A stretch of DNA of 64,000 nucleotides. Source: a virus (taxonomy: Duplodnaviria; Heunggongvirae; Uroviricota; Caudoviricetes). A program made the translations under genes and the position numbers. Each line of letters opens with the position of its first letter. The stretch's first letter is position 1. Positions 57,382-64,000 of the stretch are shown here, in pieces. The notes under the pieces are model-generated. The model was not told the DNA's origin and made no database searches. It saw only the letters and a list, made by a program, of their open reading frames with translations. Location of the stretch: IMG/VR virus record IMGVR_UViG_3300011947_000002, positions 1 through 64,000 of that record; one strand, 5' to 3'.

Positions 57382-57624
57382 ATGGGAAATATGACTAAGA
57401 AGCAGGTCGAACAGTACCTATATGACCACATGAATGAAACTCTACATGAAGTTCCATTCACACCAAGTAGTGGCTGGTACTATATTACTTTGAAATTCGA
57501 CGGGGAATATGTGGATTTATTATTTTGGGATGGTGCAGATTGTATAGGATACAAGGTTTCGATTGATCGTTTTCTGGATCACGAAGTTTACTATAAAACA
57601 AACAAATGGGATTTTTCCAGCTAA
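57382..57624 (+). CDS. hypothetical protein (80 aa; start at MGNMTKKQ)
   Basis: GGAGTGTGT-ATG RBS. The supplied ORF began at TTG 57325. Confidence 0.45.
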   Translation: MGNMTKKQVEQYLYDHMNETLHEVPFTPSSGWYYITLKFDGEYVDLLFWDGADCIGYKVSIDRFLDHEVYYKTNKWDFSS

Positions 57625-57944
57625 TGAAACCAAAGAAAATTAAATTTGGCGAATCGATTGAATATTCAATAGAGTATCTAGAAAAGCTACATGGTTTAGA
57701 TGGGTTAAAAGAAATAGTCAAAGATAAACCGTTTGGAGCAAATATATTCAAAATAAATAGTGGTGAATATATAAATCACTTTTATCAATCGCCTGTAGGT
57801 CAATATAACTGGATGTATTATTCTGGTTTGTATGCTGAATGGTTTCCTTTTGCCACATATAATAAATCACAAACTAAAGATATGATCGCTTTGGATGTGA
57901 TTGAAGAATACCTGAAGCGATTTGACACATGTGATAATATTTGA
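57606..57944 (+). CDS. hypothetical protein (112 aa; alternative start 57624)
   Basis: Overlaps the previous gene by 19 nt. A TAATG-coupled start at 57624 is equally plausible. Confidence 0.45.
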   Translation: MGFFQLMKPKKIKFGESIEYSIEYLEKLHGLDGLKEIVKDKPFGANIFKINSGEYINHFYQSPVGQYNWMYYSGLYAEWFPFATYNKSQTKDMIALDVIEEYLKRFDTCDNI

Positions 57945-58154
57945 TAAGATTTAATTATTAAGTATTCAAAAGAATATTATGTTAACAATCATACGTATAT
58001 AACATCATCTATTGGTTAGTTTTAATATCAGATATTCAATCAGTAGACGTTATTACATCAAATGAATACAACTCCCATTTAAATTCTGGTGTAGTCGTAC
58101 TATTTTAATGCTTAAACTATATATCCTTTAATTTCTTACTGTGGAGTAATACAT

Positions 58155-58664
58155 ATGCTAGATATAGAAGAACAACCACCAGTTCAACACATCAAATTTA
58201 GTGATTGTATAGGCAAAACACATGATGAAGATTCTATTCATGCGCTTTATGAATGGTTAATCGTAGAATCTATTTCTCATATTGACATTCCAGCCAGCTA
58301 TCAGGATGACGCACTGAAATATTTTTGTGAATCTGAAGGGATTGAAATTAATCAAATTCAAAAACACCCTCTTGAATTCGGCCTAACTGTAAATGGACAC
58401 GTCATTACTTGTGGGAACCAGATTCTACATCAAATATTTAACTTTTATCAGGGGATGTATGAAGAAGTTAAAAAATTAAGGGGAATGGATAAAGAAAAAG
58501 AAGAAGCTGGTGTGACTAATCTTCTAAATTGTGCTGAAGAATTATGCAAATTGGCTGAATCCATCCAAACGATGATTAAGGATGGTGATTCTAAGAAAGA
58601 TCATGAATCCAGAATTCAAATGAACCGTGAACGTGTTGCTATGCTCAAAAATAAATGGAAATAA
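58155..58664 (+). CDS. hypothetical protein (169 aa)
   Basis: Intact ORF. Confidence 0.5.
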   Translation: MLDIEEQPPVQHIKFSDCIGKTHDEDSIHALYEWLIVESISHIDIPASYQDDALKYFCESEGIEINQIQKHPLEFGLTVNGHVITCGNQILHQIFNFYQGMYEEVKKLRGMDKEKEEAGVTNLLNCAEELCKLAESIQTMIKDGDSKKDHESRIQMNRERVAMLKNKWK

Positions 58665-58678
58665 TGGGCTTTTGCCCA

Positions 58679-59272
58679 TTATTTTTTCACATAAATTAGA
58701 TAATTTTCAGCTTTATATCCATAATCGTAATTCTTTTTAATTTTCTCATACCATTCATCAAAATCATCATCTTCCCCGATGTGATCATATCTCTTACCAT
58801 CATAATATGCCCCAATTTCATAATCCTTGGCATAACCTTCCAACAAGATTTTCTTCCACAAAGACATACCGCCATACGACTGAACTTTATCGGATATAAT
58901 ACCATCTAGCTTATAATGATCTATAATCGCAAACATAAAATCAACGATTGTAAATGTACCTATTCCACTTGCTTTTTGAATAAGTGTATTTCTATACATT
59001 TTGCCTAAATTATCATACTTATTCATATCAAACTTACAGTACAACAACACGGTTTTAGTCATATACAATCCGTTCTTTTCTTCTTTAATTAGAAACATAT
59101 AATTTGTTCTCAGATATTCATATTGTTCAACCGTGTATTTATCAAACTTCCACTTATCAACAGGGTCTTCAGATTCATATATTTCATCATAAATTTCCGA
59201 CACTTCATTCGGTTTATTTTTTACTTCAGGTTCAATTCTAGGGGCTTCATTCAAGAATTCTTTAAATTTCAT
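58679..59272 (-). CDS. MKFKEFLNEAP-family protein, copy 1 (197 aa)
   Basis: Paralog of the 61588 gene: MKFKEFLNEAP ... FDGIISD ... LW..I ... Y.IYVKK shared. Opposite orientation. Confidence 0.55.
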   Translation of the reverse strand: MKFKEFLNEAPRIEPEVKNKPNEVSEIYDEIYESEDPVDKWKFDKYTVEQYEYLRTNYMFLIKEEKNGLYMTKTVLLYCKFDMNKYDNLGKMYRNTLIQKASGIGTFTIVDFMFAIIDHYKLDGIISDKVQSYGGMSLWKKILLEGYAKDYEIGAYYDGKRYDHIGEDDDFDEWYEKIKKNYDYGYKAENYLIYVKK

Positions 59273-59327
59273 TTTGATTAATATAATTGATTATGGCAAT
59301 ATTATTTATGCGTTATGCAATTCTTAT

Positions 59328-59357
59328 TTGCATATACATATGCAAATATGATACTAT
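59328..59357 (+). promoter_or_regulatory. sigma70-like promoter TTGCAT-18-TACTAT
   Basis: TTGCATATACATATGCAAATATGATACTAT upstream of the 59387 gene. Confidence 0.35.
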
Positions 59358-59386
59358 TAAATCTGAATCATTGAGGAATGAAATCT

Positions 59387-59689
59387 ATGTTAAAACGTAT
59401 TTCTAAGAAAACTGAAGATTATTTCCTGAAGAAAGGAATTATCGTTACTTTGAATAAACGTGACGGATGTTACCACTTGGTAGTTGGTTATGAAACAGCT
59501 ACCCAACATTTTGCTTCATGGCTTGGTTGCACAGAATTCGGTTCTGATTCTGACGAAATCGTTTATGGCCTTTCATTCCTCAAAGATGAATACAGTCACA
59601 TCAAAGAAGCTGTCCGCGGCTTTCCAATTCGTAACAACCAAGATGTGATCAATCTCATTAATTTCATTGATCGTGAACTAAGCAAATAA
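59387..59689 (+). CDS. hypothetical protein (100 aa; start at second ATG MLKRISKK)
   Basis: GAGGA SD is 9 nt upstream of ATG 59387 but directly abuts ATG 59378. Confidence 0.45.
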   Translation: MLKRISKKTEDYFLKKGIIVTLNKRDGCYHLVVGYETATQHFASWLGCTEFGSDSDEIVYGLSFLKDEYSHIKEAVRGFPIRNNQDVINLINFIDRELSK

Positions 59690-59764
59690 TTGTATACACA
59701 CGATTTTTATTCCTGATTTAAATTTGATCATATATAATCATTTTTTCAATCTGGAATTTACATC

Positions 59765-60091
59765 ATGTCTTTTATCAAAGATTTATACAAGAAAAATGCT
59801 GATCGTCAAGTCGAATGGGATGCCAGTGAAGCGATTGATGAAATGTTTAAAGCTGTTGAACTTGTTGGTGAAGTTGGTGAACTATGCAACAACATCAAAA
59901 AGATCAAGCGTGAAAAACTAGGTTTGAAAGGTTCACGTTGTCAACAGAAAGATTTAGAAAATGAATTCGGTGATGTGATGATTACGCTGGCTTTACTGGC
60001 TGATCATCTTAACATCGACATTGAACAAGTTACCAAGAACAAGTTCAATGAAACATCTGAAAAAATGGGATTTAAAACCAAGTTCGAGTGA
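59765..60091 (+). CDS. mazG: MazG-like all-alpha NTP pyrophosphohydrolase (108 aa)
   Basis: EAIDEMFKAVELVGEVGELCN (E-x2-E-x12-E-x2-E helix) and ENEFGDVMITLALLADHLNIDIE. Confidence 0.6.
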   Translation: MSFIKDLYKKNADRQVEWDASEAIDEMFKAVELVGEVGELCNNIKKIKREKLGLKGSRCQQKDLENEFGDVMITLALLADHLNIDIEQVTKNKFNETSEKMGFKTKFE

Positions 60092-60097
60092 TGATAT

Positions 60098-60331
60098 ATG
60101 AAACAAAAAGATGCTTTCAAAAGTATTTTTGGAACGGAATATGTGAAAGAATCTTATCAAATGAAAGGTCACAGCTTTAACAAACTACTATCAAATAAAC
60201 CAGTTTGCTCAAGTTGTGGTCTTATTGCATTGAATAATGATTTTTCTAAATGGTGTATTGAAAAAGGGTGTTATGCTGATCTACACCCTCAATATGAATC
60301 TACTAAACGGCGATTAACTAAAATGTGGTAA
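60098..60331 (+). CDS. Cys-rich small protein (77 aa)
   Basis: CSSCG ... WCIEKGC. Confidence 0.45.
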   Translation: MKQKDAFKSIFGTEYVKESYQMKGHSFNKLLSNKPVCSSCGLIALNNDFSKWCIEKGCYADLHPQYESTKRRLTKMW

Positions 60332-60546
60332 TTATGAATAACATATTTATTGTAGTCATAGTAATATTGTTCTCTCTAATCATCACTATCCTTGCAATTG
60401 GTGATAACAGAGCAGCAAAACGTGAATGTTTGGAAAGTATAACTAGAAGTGTTGTAGAGCCTAGAATGACTACGATTGGTTCAACTACAATTATGACACC
60501 GAGTACAGTTAATAAAACCGAATGTATAAAATATTCAGAAGGTTAA
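60325..60546 (+). CDS. small membrane protein (73 aa; N-terminal TM helix)
   Basis: NIFIVVIVILFSLIITILAIG. Confidence 0.45.
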   Translation: MVIMNNIFIVVIVILFSLIITILAIGDNRAAKRECLESITRSVVEPRMTTIGSTTIMTPSTVNKTECIKYSEG

Positions 60547-60550
60547 TTAT

Positions 60551-61525
60551 ATGGGCGGAAATGCTTTATTTGAAACGCACGGGTTAGAATCCAAGCGTAT
60601 GACTGTTCAGCAGTATGAACACTTGAAAGAAAATGTATCGAAATTTCTAGATAACCTAGATATCGATTATCGTCATGTAAAGACATATCACACTAAAGAT
60701 AGCTTTGGTGATCTGGATATCGTTGTATCACGTGGAAAAATGTCAGTAACTAAGATTCGTCAGTATTTAAAAATTGGTAATCTTCCAATGACGAATGAAT
60801 TTACTATGTCAGAAAATGTTAGTGGTATTAGCACCTTGGTTACTGGCTTTCAGATTGATTTCATTTTTGTTGAACCTGAAGAACTAGAATCTGCTACCAC
60901 ATATTATAGTTATAATGATATCTGGAACCTACTTGGTAAAGTAATCAAAACTTGGGATTATAAACTTGGTTGGCAAGGTTTGGTGTATACCTATCGAAAT
61001 GGAACACATTACAAAGAAGATATCGTATTAACATATGATTTATATACTGCCCTTGATATCTTAGGTTTATCGGTTGATCGTTATCTTCAGGGTTTCGATA
61101 CTCATGAAGATATGTTTGATTATGTGATTTCATCCAAGGCTTTTGATCCAAGTAAATTTGCATTAGAAAACCTGAATCACCGTAACCGTGTTCGTGATCG
61201 TAAACGACAGACATATAATCTTTTCCTACAGTATATCGAAGGGAAAGAATATCCTGAACCACAAGCATTAATTAGACCTGAAGAACGATTTCCTTTTCTG
61301 GTAAATGAAATCAAAAAACGTGATGATAAATTCACTGATGCAAATAATGCCAAAAAGATCATCAATGGAAATATCATTCGTGAGTATACTGGACTTGAAG
61401 ACATCAAGATTAAAAAGATATTGGAAACATTCCGTGCACGATTTCCAGTTGAAGATATTTTGATGCTATCTAGTAATGAAGTGAAAAATATTATTCTAGA
61501 TATTGTCAGGGAATTTGATCTATAA
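60551..61525 (+). CDS. Pol-beta-superfamily nucleotidyltransferase-like protein (324 aa)
   Basis: KDSFGDLDIVVS (G-D-x-D, cf. pol beta SGDMDVLL / OAS SDADLVVF) and downstream acidic FQIDFIFVE. No K-x-D-G ligase motif. Confidence 0.45.
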   Translation: MGGNALFETHGLESKRMTVQQYEHLKENVSKFLDNLDIDYRHVKTYHTKDSFGDLDIVVSRGKMSVTKIRQYLKIGNLPMTNEFTMSENVSGISTLVTGFQIDFIFVEPEELESATTYYSYNDIWNLLGKVIKTWDYKLGWQGLVYTYRNGTHYKEDIVLTYDLYTALDILGLSVDRYLQGFDTHEDMFDYVISSKAFDPSKFALENLNHRNRVRDRKRQTYNLFLQYIEGKEYPEPQALIRPEERFPFLVNEIKKRDDKFTDANNAKKIINGNIIREYTGLEDIKIKKILETFRARFPVEDILMLSSNEVKNIILDIVREFDL

Positions 61526-61529
61526 AATT

Positions 61530-61553
61530 AAGCGCCTTCGGGCGCTTTTTTCT
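61530..61553 (+). terminator. rho-independent terminator
   Basis: AAGCGCC-TTCG-GGCGCTT followed by TTTTTCTT. Confidence 0.75.
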
Positions 61554-61587
61554 TAAATAAAGATAATAAAAATATAAGTTGATTAAA

Positions 61588-62169
61588 ATGAAATTTAAAG
61601 AATTTTTAAATGAAGCACCAGCATTAATTGATGTACCTAATGATCCAGAATTAGCGAATCGTATGTATGAAAAGGATAAAAAGAATAAAAAATCACTGAA
61701 GGACTGGAAGCAAGGTGAATATGAAATTTCAGCCTACCAAGGTAAGAATGAACATCATCTCTACATATTAAAAGAAGAAAAACTTCAATTATTTATTTCA
61801 TTCACAGCGCCAAATGTAAAAGGTTTAGGCCAAATGATTCAAAACAGTTATATCCAGAAAGCAAAGGGTGGTTCTGTAAACACTGAGATGATCATCGATA
61901 TTATCTTTGGTATTATTGATACGTTTAAGTTTGACGGTATTATTTCTGACGATCTACAAAGTGAATTAGGTGGTAAAAAACTTTGGCGGTCAATTATGCA
62001 ATATGGAAGTGATAAGGGTTATAACATTGGTATATATGACAATGTTGAAAATAAGGTAGAACCTAAAGAAAAAGATAAAAAATTTGCATTATGGTATGCG
62101 ATACGTTCCCGTGAAGTGTATGGTAGTGGTCTTGATAAAGCACGTTATCAATTATATGTTAAAAAATAA
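61588..62169 (+). CDS. MKFKEFLNEAP-family protein, copy 2 (193 aa)
   Basis: Paralog of 58679-59272. Start at ATG 61588; the supplied ORF began at TTG 61579. Confidence 0.55.
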   Translation: MKFKEFLNEAPALIDVPNDPELANRMYEKDKKNKKSLKDWKQGEYEISAYQGKNEHHLYILKEEKLQLFISFTAPNVKGLGQMIQNSYIQKAKGGSVNTEMIIDIIFGIIDTFKFDGIISDDLQSELGGKKLWRSIMQYGSDKGYNIGIYDNVENKVEPKEKDKKFALWYAIRSREVYGSGLDKARYQLYVKK

Positions 62170-62309
62170 TTTGACATATAAATACATATTTGATAATCTT
62201 AATATCAAGAAGAAATAAAGTTAATATCCATATTATATGAGGGTTATGGTATGTAACACTATCTACATGGTATTATCCTGAAACACCGACTGTACACCGT
62301 GTGTACCAA

Positions 62310-62338
62310 AAAAGGCAACGATTAGATTGCCTTTTTTA
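62310..62338 (+). terminator. rho-independent terminator
   Basis: AAAGGCAA-CGATTAG-ATTGCCTTTTTTATT. Confidence 0.65.
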
Positions 62339-62351
62339 TTACCTATCAAAT

Positions 62352-62381
62352 TTGCAATTGTATATACATATATGATATGAT
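62352..62381 (+). promoter_or_regulatory. sigma70-like promoter TTGCAA-18-TATGAT
   Basis: Upstream of the 62414 gene. Confidence 0.4.
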
Positions 62382-62413
62382 TAATTATTGAATAAAAATA
62401 TATAGGGTATTAC

Positions 62414-63166
62414 ATGTCTAGTTTATATAAGTTGATTGAGTCAATGGGTATCAAACGCTTTTCTATGGCGTTAGATAATGCACCATCCCATACCGATAAA
62501 ATTAAGTATACTCCACAGCATGCGTTTGAATATTTTGAAGGTAACTATAGATGGAGTATTTCAAATAATAGCTGGGAAATAGATGCAGACGGTCGAGGAA
62601 AAAGTGATGGTGTATTCAGTATCTATGATATTGAATCCGCCGTAAATGCATGGAGTGTAGTGTATCAATATGGTGGCATCGATAATGCATTAGAACTTTT
62701 GAAATCTACTAGACCAAAAACTATATTATATGACAAGTTAACTAAAGCTATCACCCAATGTCGTCAGTTTATAAATGTGAATCGAGATAACATTATTAAG
62801 GAAAGTGAAGCTTTACAGTTCTTAGATAATGGGATGATGGTAGAATATTCCACTGGGGATAATGTATGGCATATACTTAAAAATGATACATGTATAAATG
62901 ATGTACAAACAAAATATCGCTTATTTATAACACCCGATTTATTTGAAATTAATGGTGTTGAATTGAAACGACCATTTCAACCCATTATTGGGGATAGTGG
63001 GTTTGTTATATCTGGTAAATCCAAGAATGGTTATGAGTATGCCTTAATCAACAGTGATGTGGATAAACCATTGCTAGGTATGTGGAAAAATGAACAAGAT
63101 ATTAAAGCAGTTGTGCAACTGCTTGCAACAGAAATGAAAAATGGTATTGTAAATCAAACTGTATAG
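62414..63166 (+). CDS. hypothetical protein (250 aa)
   Basis: Intact ORF. Confidence 0.5.
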   Translation: MSSLYKLIESMGIKRFSMALDNAPSHTDKIKYTPQHAFEYFEGNYRWSISNNSWEIDADGRGKSDGVFSIYDIESAVNAWSVVYQYGGIDNALELLKSTRPKTILYDKLTKAITQCRQFINVNRDNIIKESEALQFLDNGMMVEYSTGDNVWHILKNDTCINDVQTKYRLFITPDLFEINGVELKRPFQPIIGDSGFVISGKSKNGYEYALINSDVDKPLLGMWKNEQDIKAVVQLLATEMKNGIVNQTV

Positions 63167-63175
63167 GGGTGATAT

Positions 63176-63553
63176 ATGAATATTGATGAAGCAGAACTAC
63201 TTTTAAGTTTATTGAAGATTCGTCGAATGATGATGCCAATTGGAATTTCTGGCGATACCCTTCCTGAAAATGTGACTATTTTATATGGAACCACAAATGA
63301 TGGTTATCATGTGCATGTATATACTCATAAGGGTAAATTATACCATATAAAATATAATGATTTAGAAACTATCGAATTGAATTTTGAAAGTGTGAATGAC
63401 ATTATATTTGAAGCCACATATCATTTGGAATGTTCAAATATGGCTGTTATTGCATGGCTTGAAGTTCATCGGGGTGTTTCTTTACTCACCAAACCATATG
63501 AATATGTTACTCAACGACCTTATTACGGTAAAATCATACAGATGAGTTCATGA
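63176..63553 (+). CDS. hypothetical protein (125 aa)
   Basis: GGGGTGATAT-ATG RBS. Antisense ORFs 63548-63751 and 63616-63867 are rejected. Confidence 0.5.
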   Translation: MNIDEAELLLSLLKIRRMMMPIGISGDTLPENVTILYGTTNDGYHVHVYTHKGKLYHIKYNDLETIELNFESVNDIIFEATYHLECSNMAVIAWLEVHRGVSLLTKPYEYVTQRPYYGKIIQMSS

Positions 63554-63554
63554 T

Positions 63555-63734
63555 ATGAAATTGATAAAAATCCTACTTTCCAAGTTGCGCTCTAAAGTTA
63601 AATCTTCAAATAACTCTATTGCCAAAAATATAATTGGAACAGGTTGGGAAACATTGGATTGTGATGTGAGTGTATACACACCACTTCGCATTGAATATAA
63701 ATTATCAAACCAACCAATTTTAGATAAAGAGTGA
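63555..63734 (+). CDS. small basic protein (59 aa, MKLIKILLSKLRSKVKSS...)
   Basis: Not in the track. ATGA-coupled to the previous gene. Confidence 0.35.
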   Translation: MKLIKILLSKLRSKVKSSNNSIAKNIIGTGWETLDCDVSVYTPLRIEYKLSNQPILDKE

Positions 63735-63741
63735 TATTCAA

Positions 63742-64000
63742 TTGACAACATACAAATTTAATAGCCAGTTTCAAGAACGTGGTAGCTTCGCGCAAGATAT
63801 AGATAACAAAGTTATTAAAAATGAAACTATGTTTTTTAACTGTGATCTGGACTTTGCTTATAAACATGGCAATGAAATCACTCGATCATTCATTGATGCA
63901 TTACCTGATGATTGGAAAACATGTGATACCGTCTTTGATAGTCGTGTTCACATGTTGATGCCAAAATGGATTCCTTGTATCTATGGCGTTCATCATGACG
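63742..64000 (+). CDS. hypothetical protein, 5' part only (TTG start; runs off the window)
   Basis: AAAGAG-N9-TTG. 86 codons open to the window end (LTTYKFNSQFQERGSFAQDID...). Confidence 0.35.
   Translation, partial: MTTYKFNSQFQERGSFAQDIDNKVIKNETMFFNCDLDFAYKHGNEITRSFIDALPDDWKTCDTVFDSRVHMLMPKWIPCIYGVHHD

Noticed and set aside
1-64000. CRISPR arrays, tRNA or rRNA genes
   Set aside because: No regularly spaced direct repeats were seen. Intergenic regions of 200-280 bp (31424-31633, 38457-38676, 56365-56644, 57945-58154, 62170-62413) lack GTTCRANYC T-loop and cloverleaf features. The GGTTCGATC occurrence at ~1262 lies inside a coding region.

Overview
This 64-kb window reads as a slice of a visibly AT-rich genome (roughly 30% G+C by eye, not computed) of a T4-like (Tevenvirinae/Straboviridae-type) myovirus. 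The host is probably a proteobacterium-like bacterium, judging from sigma70-type TTGACA-17-TATAAT promoters. Positions 1-40,000 and 56,600-64,000 are a dense, almost gap-free early region of more than 90 short ORFs, mostly on the + strand. They are punctuated by recurring host-type promoters and clear rho-independent terminators. Recognisable genes there include: (1) the N-terminal (exonuclease + motif A) fragment of a T4 gp43-like family-B DNA polymerase that stops prematurely at a terminator; (2) a kinase-only T4 Pnk-like polynucleotide kinase; (3) a calcineurin-like metallophosphatase; (4) a DinG/XPD-type Fe-S helicase; (5) a vWA protein; (6) a DUF262 (ParB-like) protein; (7) an SPFH/band-7 lipoprotein; (8) YqeY/GatB-domain proteins; (9) MazG; (10) a Pol-beta-superfamily nucleotidyltransferase; (11) two free-standing GIY-YIG endonucleases; and (12) several multi-copy paralog families. 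Positions 40,500-56,400 are a minus-strand late/structural module. It carries baseplate genes (gp5-like OB-fold spike, gp27-like hub, gp53-like wedge, two gp19/gp48/gp54-fold tube proteins, gp4 head-completion on the + strand) and four very large fibre-like proteins, some with concanavalin/LamG-like and carboxypeptidase-regulatory-like beta-sandwich domains. The most interesting object is the large terminase (TerL) ATPase, which exists only as two separated internal fragments (Walker A region and Walker B region). Each fragment is bracketed by intein halves of the atypical split-intein type, with a short 34-43 aa N-fragment and a long 120-128 aa C-fragment (AceL-TerL-like). The fragments are encoded in non-collinear order, interleaved with large LamG-type structural genes, and the N-terminal and nuclease-domain pieces are not in this window. 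This implies a terminase assembled by at least three orthogonal trans-splicing reactions. No tRNA, rRNA or CRISPR array was found.
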